Shown here piece by piece: positions 56,340 to 64,000 of a stretch of DNA of 64,000 nucleotides. Origin of the DNA: a virus (lineage: Duplodnaviria; Heunggongvirae; Uroviricota; Caudoviricetes); IMG/VR virus record IMGVR_UViG_3300035698_015309. The stretch is one strand, 5' to 3'. A program made the position numbers and the translations under genes. Numbering within the stretch: position 1 is the first letter of the stretch; each line of letters opens with the position of its first letter. Under the pieces are notes generated by a model. It saw only the letters and a list, made by a program, of their open reading frames with translations, was not told where the DNA came from and did not search any database.

Positions 56340-57053
56340 ATGCCCAGAAAGACGAAAGACGGCCTGAGCAAGCAAGCCAACCTGATCTCATCACACTGCC
56401 TGGTAGCCGTACTCAGCGGGAACCCCGAAGAGATCCACAACGTGGGGACCATCCAGGATCTCGAAGAACGACGGGTCGTCATTGCCCATCTAACGGAAAT
56501 ACTGGACATCATGGCCCCGAACTTCCTGGGGCGTACAAAGGTCACTTCCGCCATTCAGACGGCCCTTGGTCACCTCCGCAACATGATACCCAAGGGGCGA
56601 GACGAGTATGAGTACAGGGGGCTCAAGGTCTACAGGATGACCTTCGCTCAGCCCCGTCTCTGCGACGGTGAGTCCGTCACGGGCGGCTGGGGCGTGTCCA
56701 AGGACAGGATCAACCCGATCCCCGGTGCCGGGTGGTTCAGGACCGTAACGAGCGCCTACAGGGCCATCGACACCCTGCTCATAACCGGGGACTCGCCCGA
56801 GTTCCACAAGCTCTACAACCCGAAGCCGGTGTGCGTGAGCACCCTGGTGGAGGCCCTGGAGGCCCTGGTCGATTACGGCATCATGCCGTCCCCTGTCCTG
56901 GAGGATCTACAGGACGACGCCAAGTGTGCCCTGGACGAGTACCACGGGCGAGTCTGCCGCTGCGAAGCGTGCGGAAAGCTGCTCTATACCATCGAGGACC
57001 ACGCTCCCGACTGCCCCCAGAAGAACACGATGGTGACCAAGGGGTCTTGCTGA
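56340..57053 (+). CDS. hypothetical protein with a C-terminal CRCEACGK...C zinc-binding motif
   Basis: Motif at 56291-56318 plus GTAGGAGG. Confidence 0.45.
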   Translation: MPRKTKDGLSKQANLISSHCLVAVLSGNPEEIHNVGTIQDLEERRVVIAHLTEILDIMAPNFLGRTKVTSAIQTALGHLRNMIPKGRDEYEYRGLKVYRMTFAQPRLCDGESVTGGWGVSKDRINPIPGAGWFRTVTSAYRAIDTLLITGDSPEFHKLYNPKPVCVSTLVEALEALVDYGIMPSPVLEDLQDDAKCALDEYHGRVCRCEACGKLLYTIEDHAPDCPQKNTMVTKGSC

Positions 57054-57382
57054 TGAGCCGCTTCCCCCAGCAAGCCAAGGAGATACAGATGACTAACAAT
57101 GCTCTGGCCGATTCGCTAAAACGTCTAGCGCACGACCTCGCTCTAACGGGGTCTGTGTTTCTCCTGACGGTGGTTCATTTCATGCACGCTGAAATGACGG
57201 CTGCGTGGGAAGCGCACGTAGCTTTCAAGACCCTTTTCTCAGTCTTCTTCCTGGCCGGGGTCGTCCTGTACCTCATTGGGAAAAGAGAAGTCAACCCCCG
57301 GCCCTTCCTATCCCTCATCGGATCACTCGCCGTCATCGTCGCCTGTGTTATCGTTTTCAGTGCGCTCAAGATAGCTGGTTAG
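57053..57382 (+). CDS. membrane protein
   Basis: TGATG coupling. Three hydrophobic helices. Confidence 0.35.
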   Translation: MSRFPQQAKEIQMTNNALADSLKRLAHDLALTGSVFLLTVVHFMHAEMTAAWEAHVAFKTLFSVFFLAGVVLYLIGKREVNPRPFLSLIGSLAVIVACVIVFSALKIAG

Positions 57383-57415
57383 GAATGCACAAGAGGCAAA
57401 CAAGGGAGGAACCAG

Positions 57416-57727
57416 ATGAACGCCGCCGACTGTGACCACATTGGCTACTTGATAGTGGAGTACGCCAATGGACTGTCGGAAGACTTGAAGGAGGCCCTCT
57501 TTGCAATGGACCCCCGAATCGAAGAGAACTTCGAGGGCTACAACTACGTCCAAGCCCGAAGAGAGCAAGTCCGAGCCCTGTTCAAAACCAAAATAGTGGA
57601 GCGGTTTGGGGAGGCATGGTCGGTAATGAATGCCTGCACCAAGGAAATAAGGGTCAAAGTGTTGGCGGAAGCTGGCAGAGAAGTTTATGGAGAAGACTAC
57701 GACCCCAAATTACACGGGAACGGCTGA
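57416..57727 (+). CDS. hypothetical protein
   Basis: AAGGGAGGAACCAG RBS. Confidence 0.4.
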   Translation: MNAADCDHIGYLIVEYANGLSEDLKEALFAMDPRIEENFEGYNYVQARREQVRALFKTKIVERFGEAWSVMNACTKEIRVKVLAEAGREVYGEDYDPKLHGNG

Positions 57728-57743
57728 GGGAAGGAGCAACAGC

Positions 57744-57956
57744 ATGAGCCGCAAACGAAAGCCAAAGTGTGAGAGACTGCCCCCGAACCTGGATAAGCCG
57801 AAGGACGGGCGGGTGAAGCCCCCGGAATTGGAGCCGTGTCCGAAGTGCAAAGGCAGTGGCCGGGTGGTAGATCCATATGGTTGGACCTATAAGGAGCGCT
57901 TCACCACCTGTCCCCTGTGTGCAGGGGGTAAGTATGTAATGGACCCAGGGGACTGA
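57744..57956 (+). CDS. zinc-ribbon small protein
   Basis: CPKCKGSG...CPLCAGG. AAGGAGCAA RBS. Confidence 0.35.
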   Translation: MSRKRKPKCERLPPNLDKPKDGRVKPPELEPCPKCKGSGRVVDPYGWTYKERFTTCPLCAGGKYVMDPGD

Positions 57957-57997
57957 CCCATGAGCGATCTCGCCAAGTCGCCCTTGAAGGATAAGTC

Positions 57998-58324
57998 ATG
58001 AGGTGGCCCTGGCAATGGTTCAGGCGAGAGCCCTGCGAAGTTCACAGCTACGGGCTTGAGAAACGACTCGCCCTGGCCCCCCGAACGTCACTAGCCCCAG
58101 CCTGGACCAGGAGGTACCCCCACACAAGGCACTTCCTGGTCTGGTTTGACCAGTCCATCTGTCAACGGTGCGGACACCGACCCTTTGCTGTGGTGCGGAA
58201 GGTGGCGGCAGCAAATGCCCTAGAATATGCTGGGTACATACATTCCCGCAGGTACCAGAGGGCTGGCTGGTTGGACCTGGGCAAACAGCCCAAAGATCAT
58301 CCGAGTCCCCGCCTGAGTAGATGA
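57998..58324 (+). CDS. hypothetical protein
   Basis: ORF. Confidence 0.3.
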   Translation: MRWPWQWFRREPCEVHSYGLEKRLALAPRTSLAPAWTRRYPHTRHFLVWFDQSICQRCGHRPFAVVRKVAAANALEYAGYIHSRRYQRAGWLDLGKQPKDHPSPRLSR

Positions 58325-58340
58325 ACCAGGAGGTTGGCGG

Positions 58341-58559
58341 ATGGATCCTCTGACGATCAAGATTGTAAACGCTGGGATGGGTGTCGATCATGACATGCCC
58401 TGTCCGGTCTGTAAGGAGAACGTGGCTGTTCTGAACATCAACTCGGGGGTGTTCCAGCCTTGCTGGCCTTGCCAGGAGAAGGGCTGGAATACGATTCAAG
58501 TCCCCAAGCGGCTCCGCAAACTGTTCCGTTTCCTCAATGACAAGGGGGTGCTGAAATGA
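58341..58559 (+). CDS. zinc-binding small protein
   Basis: Motif at 58300-58326 plus AGGAGG. CPVCKEN...CWPCQEKG. Confidence 0.35.
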   Translation: MDPLTIKIVNAGMGVDHDMPCPVCKENVAVLNINSGVFQPCWPCQEKGWNTIQVPKRLRKLFRFLNDKGVLK

Positions 58560-58870
58560 ACGTCGAAGCAACACAAGCAAGAGAACGTGCCGCCACCGCC
58601 AAGCGGGATCTCAAGGCGGCACAGCACGCCCTGGCTCACATCGTTCGGTCCTGCCAGCACGACTACACCGACCCGGTCTACAAGCCGATCGTCCAGGAAG
58701 CCTATACCATCCCTGGCGATGCGCCCGGCACGATGGGCGTCGACTTTCGAGGCCCCTGTCACGTCCCCCGGAAAGAGACCCCCCAGTGGATGCAGACCTG
58801 CCGAATCTGTGGCACCACCCGGACGACTATTCGGACCAAGGATGAAGTGAAGAAGATTCCACAGTTCTAG
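58556..58870 (+). CDS. hypothetical protein
   Basis: ATGA coupling. Confidence 0.4.
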   Translation: MNVEATQARERAATAKRDLKAAQHALAHIVRSCQHDYTDPVYKPIVQEAYTIPGDAPGTMGVDFRGPCHVPRKETPQWMQTCRICGTTRTTIRTKDEVKKIPQF

Positions 58871-58880
58871 GAGACGTTTC

Positions 58881-59420
58881 ATGCCACACAGCAAAGTCGA
58901 ACCCTTCAAGGATCTGGTGGGCACCGTATCTGACTCGGTAGTCGCCAAAAAAGCTGGGGTCACCAGAGCCGCTGTAGCCCTTTATCGGAGGACACGGGGA
59001 ATCCCCGCACACAAGCAACCCATCGACTGGAGCGTCATCCCTTTAGGAAAGGTGACGGACGTTCAGATTGCAGCAGAGTACGGGATATCCATTCAAGCAA
59101 TAGGTCTTCAACGGCAACAAAGGGGCATCCCAAGAGCATCTAAAAGTTCCTTTGCCAACCTTACGGACGAAGACCTTTTCGACCAACACTACCTAGAGGT
59201 AGCTCGAAAAACAGGAAGCCATTGGTCTGCAGTACATGCGGAACGCCGACGAAGGAGGGGTCCAGCATACCACAGGGTAAACTGGAGTCAGCAGGCTGTC
59301 TTTTTAGGAACGATGACTGACTCTACGTTGGCTCGAAAACTGGGGATCTCGACCGCAGCCGTCTGCTGGCAAAGGAAGCAAAGAGGCATCCTTGCCTACA
59401 CGAAACGAACTAAGTCTTGA
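58881..59420 (+). CDS. DNA-binding protein with three HTH-like repeats (GVTRAAVALYRRTRGIP / GISIQAIGLQRQQRGIP / GISTAAVCWQRKQRGIL)
   Basis: Internal triplication visible in the translation. Confidence 0.45.
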   Translation: MPHSKVEPFKDLVGTVSDSVVAKKAGVTRAAVALYRRTRGIPAHKQPIDWSVIPLGKVTDVQIAAEYGISIQAIGLQRQQRGIPRASKSSFANLTDEDLFDQHYLEVARKTGSHWSAVHAERRRRRGPAYHRVNWSQQAVFLGTMTDSTLARKLGISTAAVCWQRKQRGILAYTKRTKS

Positions 59421-59778
59421 GTTCCTTGCTGTCCGCAGGAAGCACATCAGTTACCGGACTAGGAACCGGGGTCTTCCACGTCAGCGTGTAGCCGTCCTCT
59501 GACTGTGCCAACCGGCTACGCAGTTCAACCCTGTTCTCTACAAGTCTACGGAAAAGACTGTCATCACTTTTGGCTGCGTCATTCAAGGTGCTGACGTCGT
59601 CCAGGAGATCCCAGCACTGTTCCGCCCGGTTCTTCCAGGCATCCAGTGCCCGAAATAATGTCCCCACGTGCTCAGGACCGAACCCGCAGTCCTCCCCGCT
59701 CGCTACGGCTGTGTCATACTCCTCCCGTACCCTCTCAACCGTCCAGGGCCTCTGAGTCCCGCTTTCACTTTCACACAT
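59410..59778 (-). CDS. hypothetical protein
   Basis: Start MCESESG after a GAGGAGG RBS. Confidence 0.4.
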   Translation of the reverse strand: MCESESGTQRPWTVERVREEYDTAVASGEDCGFGPEHVGTLFRALDAWKNRAEQCWDLLDDVSTLNDAAKSDDSLFRRLVENRVELRSRLAQSEDGYTLTWKTPVPSPVTDVLPADSKELKT

Positions 59779-59788
59779 CGGATCCTCC

Positions 59789-60313
59789 TCAGTCAGTTTG
59801 TGAGTCCGGTCGTTCCGGCAAGTCCCCAAACAGAAGGGACCGCACGGCCTGGACCCCAGATTCTGTACCATCCCAGGTGTCGGGCAGTTCCATCCACGAC
59901 TTCACCCCGACCTTGAGCGTGTCGCTGGAAGCGTCCCACAGAGGCCCTGGGACGGCCCGTATGACGCCGATGCCGCAGACCATAGACCACTCCACGGATC
60001 CGTCATCCAGGCGCACAGCGTCCGGCTGCTGGGACACGGCCACGATAACGAGGTTGGCTTCAGCAGCCTCATGGGCCACATCAGCCAGCGCCTGCACCCG
60101 TTCCTTGATTGTGACATTCCTAAAGAAAGCCCACGCCTTCCGGGGATTGGCGTCCCTCAACGAAGACGAAAACAGCGGGAAGATCACTCGGTCAGGCTTA
60201 ATAATCTGGAGGACATTCTCACCCTCACAGCCCAAGACCAATGCATCGGAATTCGGGGCCTTCCTAAAGATCGGCAGTTCGTTTTCCCTCATCTGGTACA
60301 CAAAGTAGCGCAT
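59789..60313 (-). CDS. hypothetical protein
   Basis: AAGGAGAGG RBS. ATGA overlap with the upstream gene. Confidence 0.45.
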   Translation of the reverse strand: MRYFVYQMRENELPIFRKAPNSDALVLGCEGENVLQIIKPDRVIFPLFSSSLRDANPRKAWAFFRNVTIKERVQALADVAHEAAEANLVIVAVSQQPDAVRLDDGSVEWSMVCGIGVIRAVPGPLWDASSDTLKVGVKSWMELPDTWDGTESGVQAVRSLLFGDLPERPDSQTD

Positions 60314-61380
60314 CAGTCCTCTCCTTGTTTTTCACAGGGCCACCACTTCGCTTTACCGTGCGGATCGACCAGGTGCGAAAACCCCATTGCCTTCCCCTTG
60401 AGGGGGGCAATGTTTAGGTGTTCGAAGTGCCCCAACTCAAGAGGACGCCCTTCGATCCGGGCATCCTCCTCTATCTCTCCCAGGAAGCACTCAAGGCAGA
60501 GGCTGTTCCGGGGGTACTGGTCGCTCACCAGCTTCCAGATTGTGGCGGGGAGGCTGTAGTCGACCCGCTTGATGCAGCCGCACTTCGGGCAGGATGGGTG
60601 ACCTTCCGGGTTATAATTGGAGATCGTCCACATGGCGTTCTTGGGCACATTAACAAAGGGCAACGTGTAGAACTCTCCCATCCCGGTAGATTCGAAAACG
60701 CTACCCTCCACGTTAAGGCCCAGCCGAGCGAACACCTCGAACGTCAGCAGACTCCGATAGAAACGCCGAAGCTGGTAGGAGGCATCCCGGCCAGGGTCAA
60801 TGACCGGCCCATCGTTGGCGTCAAAAACCTTGGTCTCCTCCACCTTGAGTCTGCCTCCCTGAAGTGCCGGGGCGTCCAGGGTAGCGTCCATGCCGGGCAA
60901 CAGAAGAGAAGGACTGTCCACGTAGTCGAACAGGAAACTGATGGCGTAACGGACCATCGGAAGCCAGGTGTCAATCAGCATCTCCCGGATCATCGTGTCG
61001 TACCCTGTCAACAGGCCGCTGGTGGCCAGCATGTGGGCCTGTCCGATAAGGAATTCGTAGGTGGCGAGCGCCTGTGAAGGAACGTAAAAATGGAGTCCCT
61101 CCGGGAGGTGCCTGACGATGTCCCACCCCTGAATAAGATCCAGGATCTGGGGGGTGTACTTAACCACGGTATGGGCGTCTGCCTCCGTGGCATAACCCTC
61201 CGGGACGTCCTCCACCTTCTCTGTACCAACCCCGGCCAGCCTGATCCTCATGGGTTCCAGTCGTGTCCCCTCCTGGGTGTACAGGGGACTCATCCCATCT
61301 ACAAGGTAAAGCTGGGGGAAGATGTCCCATTTGCCCTTGAGGTTACGGATCCGTTTGCGTGCTCGTTGTTTGGACATCAT
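60313..61380 (-). CDS. hypothetical protein (355 aa)
   Basis: Start MMSKQRARKR after a GGAGG RBS. Confidence 0.45.
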   Translation of the reverse strand: MMSKQRARKRIRNLKGKWDIFPQLYLVDGMSPLYTQEGTRLEPMRIRLAGVGTEKVEDVPEGYATEADAHTVVKYTPQILDLIQGWDIVRHLPEGLHFYVPSQALATYEFLIGQAHMLATSGLLTGYDTMIREMLIDTWLPMVRYAISFLFDYVDSPSLLLPGMDATLDAPALQGGRLKVEETKVFDANDGPVIDPGRDASYQLRRFYRSLLTFEVFARLGLNVEGSVFESTGMGEFYTLPFVNVPKNAMWTISNYNPEGHPSCPKCGCIKRVDYSLPATIWKLVSDQYPRNSLCLECFLGEIEEDARIEGRPLELGHFEHLNIAPLKGKAMGFSHLVDPHGKAKWWPCEKQGED

Positions 61381-61551
61381 CAGATTCCTCCGCAACAGAC
61401 TGTGCATCTGCCATCCAGGGTTGTGGTGCGAGCGGACTGTTCGTCCACCCGCCCGATTACCCTACCCACAGAATCTGTGTCTTTCCAGGCCTTTTTGCTC
61501 TCGTTGGAGTAGATCAGAGAGAATGACCAGAACACCAGGGGCGAAAACGGC

Positions 61552-62988
61552 ATGAGCTTCCCTACCAAAGCCGAGATCCAAAAGCACCTCCCGGAGTACG
61601 TCCGGTGGGTGGAAGCGACCCACAATCTCTCACAGAAAACGGTCCGGTACTATGTCCAGTGTATCCTAGACCTGATCCAAGACCTGTTAGACGTACCCGC
61701 ACACCAGTTCGAAGAAAGGGTGACAACCCGTCTGCAGACCATCCTGACCTTCCAGTCATCCTTTTGGAATGGGCCAGCCGGATTCATGGCCTATTGGCGG
61801 AGGACGGAGGCGTCTCCCTCTCTGAGTCAGAACAATGGAGGAGTTATGAGCTTCCCTACCAAAGCCGAAGTCAAAAAGCACCTTCCGGAATACATCCGGT
61901 GGACCGCTCATAACCGGGGATTGCAGGGGGAGACGATCAAGCACCATCTCCTGTACATCCAGCGATTGATCGATGTGTCCCCAGAACGGTTCACGGAAGA
62001 GTGGGTTGCCCTCAAACAATCGGGGCAGTCTAACTTTGACACAAGCCATTGGTTAGGACAGTCCGGGTTCATGGCCTACTGGAACGAAGCCAAGGGACCG
62101 ATAGGCCGGTTGACCACCGAAGACGTCATCAACCTCTTCCCTGAATACCGGACCTGGGTCGACAGACATCATGATCTGAGGGGCCTCAGTTTGGTCAATT
62201 TCTGTCGGTACATCCAAAACGTGATTGGGAAGAGGGGCGTCAGCCAGATGGTCATCGCTCTAGCTTTAAAAACCCAGCCAGAGTGGTACACCGACGCCTG
62301 GGAAGGCCCCAAAGGCTTCCTGACCTTCCTCAAGGAGTACAGCGCCTCAGAGACCCCAACGGAGGACACCTACAATCCGATAGTGACATCAGAAGACAAC
62401 TTCTCCCCAAATAAAAAGTTCTATGATGAACAGAACAATCCCTGGGAAACAGCGATGCATCGTGTGGCCCGTTCCTTAAGGATCTATGATAGTGAGAACA
62501 TGTCCGCAGAAGTCGTGGCGGACAAGATCCAGGATGTCGTCCAGATCGTGACGAACCGGCCCAACCCGTGGAAGGAAGCGCTCTTGTCCGTGACCAATGC
62601 CTTCGGCTACCCCCCAGAGGGTGACCCCGGACGACCGGCCCGGCAGTTCGCTGGCATGTTCATCCGTCACCTCAAGGGGTCACCGTCGCTGATGCGGGGG
62701 CGTACCTCCCGTGACTGGTTGGCGGCGTTCCGCAAACTGTCAGTCCTGCTGGATGGTGATGATCTGGTGAAGCCCGGAGCGGACCCTGACGACTGTTACA
62801 CCCTGATGGCGAAACTGATCCGGCTGCGGGATGCGGACACCCAGGCCAAGGTGTCGGGCTTCAAGGAAATGCTGACTCAGGCCCTCGCCGCTCGGTACAT
62901 TGAGAAAGAGAAAAACACCCTCCCGAGTACCCCCGTGGACGACCTACTCAGGAAATTGTCCCAGATCCCGACGACTCCCGAAGCCTGA
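61552..62988 (+). CDS. hypothetical protein with a tandemly duplicated N-terminal (S)FPTKAE..KHLPEY(V/I)RW...GFMAYW domain
   Basis: GAGTAGA upstream. The duplication is obvious in the translation. Confidence 0.5.
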   Translation: MSFPTKAEIQKHLPEYVRWVEATHNLSQKTVRYYVQCILDLIQDLLDVPAHQFEERVTTRLQTILTFQSSFWNGPAGFMAYWRRTEASPSLSQNNGGVMSFPTKAEVKKHLPEYIRWTAHNRGLQGETIKHHLLYIQRLIDVSPERFTEEWVALKQSGQSNFDTSHWLGQSGFMAYWNEAKGPIGRLTTEDVINLFPEYRTWVDRHHDLRGLSLVNFCRYIQNVIGKRGVSQMVIALALKTQPEWYTDAWEGPKGFLTFLKEYSASETPTEDTYNPIVTSEDNFSPNKKFYDEQNNPWETAMHRVARSLRIYDSENMSAEVVADKIQDVVQIVTNRPNPWKEALLSVTNAFGYPPEGDPGRPARQFAGMFIRHLKGSPSLMRGRTSRDWLAAFRKLSVLLDGDDLVKPGADPDDCYTLMAKLIRLRDADTQAKVSGFKEMLTQALAARYIEKEKNTLPSTPVDDLLRKLSQIPTTPEA

Positions 62989-63454
62989 TCGTCCGCCCGG
63001 ACCAGCGAGGTTCCTTTCTGTTCGGGTTTTTGCACTCAAAGTGATGGAGATCCTCAAGGAACATCCATCCTTCGGCAGTTGTGAGGTAGTCGAAGTTCAG
63101 CAGCCTCACAGCCTCAGTTTTTGCACACAGGTCTACTGCCAGGACGGAATGGGAACCGTACCGTTTGTGCCACACGTTGATCTCACAGGGGAGATCCTTG
63201 GTGCCCATGAACGAGGGCCACACAGGCTCCTCCACGAACTCCAGTCCGAAACGGTCCAGGGCAGCCTGGATGCCATTAGCGGTTCCGTAACGGCAGCCTG
63301 TGAGATCAACCAGTTCCTCGTACTCCTCGGGGGACACGACCTGCCCCGTCCAGTAGGTGTGGGCGTTGGTCACGGTGATTAGTTGGCAGTCTTGACCAAC
63401 AGCGTTCTCCTGCCGGAACTTTTTCCAGAGGGCCTTCGTGATCCGCTTAGACAT
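62948..63454 (-). CDS. hypothetical protein
   Basis: Start MSKRITK after an AGGAG RBS. Confidence 0.4.
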   Translation of the reverse strand: MSKRITKALWKKFRQENAVGQDCQLITVTNAHTYWTGQVVSPEEYEELVDLTGCRYGTANGIQAALDRFGLEFVEEPVWPSFMGTKDLPCEINVWHKRYGSHSVLAVDLCAKTEAVRLLNFDYLTTAEGWMFLEDLHHFECKNPNRKEPRWSGRTIRLRESSGSGTIS

Positions 63455-63520
63455 CAATTGCTCCTAAGAAAACATTTGACAAGGAGGGACAATTCGTGTG
63501 TTCTTTAGGTGCTTATCGCT

Positions 63521-63557
63521 GTCGCATCTTCTGAAAAGAATATGCGTGGATTGAAAC
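63521..63557 (+). repeat. Solitary CRISPR repeat GTCGCATCTTCTGAAAAGAATATGCGTGGATTGAAAC (37 nt, GAAA tetraloop variant)
   Basis: Conserved termini. Divergent but still self-complementary stem. Intergenic between two minus-strand genes. Confidence 0.8.
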
Positions 63558-63560
63558 GGC

Positions 63561-63790
63561 CTAGAGGACATAGGGTTCTCCCGCCGGGGGTAGGATCTCG
63601 TACAGGTAGTGAACGTCCGGTTTGCCGTCCGTTTTGGAAGCGCAGGATGCCAGGACTCGGAACTCCAAGGGGGTAGGCTTCCGCATGAGCACCACCCGCC
63701 AGGCAAACAGCGCTTCGGCCTCTTCTGTTTCATACACGATCTTCCACAGATCTTTACCAAGCTCCATCGCTGCTAGTGGTGTCTTCATCG
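63561..63790 (-). CDS. hypothetical small protein
   Basis: Start MKTPLAAMELGKD after a GGAGGGG RBS and a minus-orientation GGAGTAGAC. Confidence 0.4.
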
Positions 63791-63916
63791 GTCCCCTCCG
63801 TTCTGTAAGTCTACTCCGTAACACCGGGCAAGGGCACAATCGGAGACCCTCAGAGATCATCAAGGGTGCGATTGGAGTAGAGCTTGTGTGGATGGAACTT
63901 GAAGGAGAGTTGACTA

Positions 63917-64000
63917 ATGGCAACGCATATTTTCTACCACTCCGCAGACCTGGACGGGCATTGCGGCGGGGCCGTCTGTTCAAAGGCCCTTCCTGGCTCT
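63917..64000 (+). CDS. 5' end of a gene running off the window. DHH-phosphoesterase-like N-terminus (HIFYHSADLDGHCGGAV).
   Basis: Motif at 63873-63899 plus GGAGAG RBS. Confidence 0.3.
   Translation, partial: MATHIFYHSADLDGHCGGAVCSKALPGS

Noticed and set aside
63464-63760. 98-aa minus-strand ORF spanning the solitary repeat at 63521
   Set aside because: The ORF exists only because the repeat is open in that frame. The supported gene is 63561..63790, which stops before the repeat.
1-64000. cas1, cas2, cas4, cas6, and also capsid/terminase/portal genes
   Set aside because: Looked for hallmark motifs in all listed ORFs and found none. Absence of the adaptation genes is reported as a finding. 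Absence of structural genes is not interpretable in a 64-kb window.

Overview
This 64-kb window is high-GC (~58-60%) and densely packed with genes. It looks like a phage or other mobile element rather than core chromosome. Phage-typical content includes many short co-directional ORFs and Zn-ribbon mini-proteins, a Gp37/Gp68-family protein, HNH and homing endonucleases, a fractured ligA, an RNase H-like gene, a bL12-like ribosomal domain, an SLT-like transglycosylase and a sigma-like factor. A two-box motif (GGGATCATCT-N12/13-GAGTAGAC, often followed by a GAGGGGCAAATGACCCCTG leader hairpin and a GGAGG RBS) precedes at least 30 genes.

The central locus (10.0-17.4 kb) is a minimal type I-C CRISPR-Cas system: cas3-cas5c-cas8c-cas7c and a 15+2-repeat array, with no cas1, cas2 or cas4 in the window. 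Three solitary repeats lie elsewhere (18.43, 38.7 and 63.5 kb); each differs in sequence but keeps the repeat hairpin through compensatory changes.

TnpB biology is layered on top of this. A tnpA-less tnpB element sits immediately upstream of cas3, and a complete IS607-like element (serine-recombinase tnpA plus tnpB) is at 49.7-51.8 kb. A third, zinc-finger-less tnpB-like gene is paired with a small HTH gene. Three ~355-bp miniature elements consist only of a palindromic left end carrying a sigma70-like promoter, fused to the tnpB 3'-end/omega-RNA scaffold. One mini-element is inserted exactly between the hairpin and the 3' handle of a solitary CRISPR repeat.

Other notable content: a NAD-dependent DNA ligase gene split by a trans-splicing (split) intein with an intervening free-standing Vsr-like endonuclease gene; a WGR-PARP-like protein; and a structured ~160-nt element with 13-bp terminal inverted repeats. 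All calls come from reading the sequence and ORF translations by eye. No database searches were possible.
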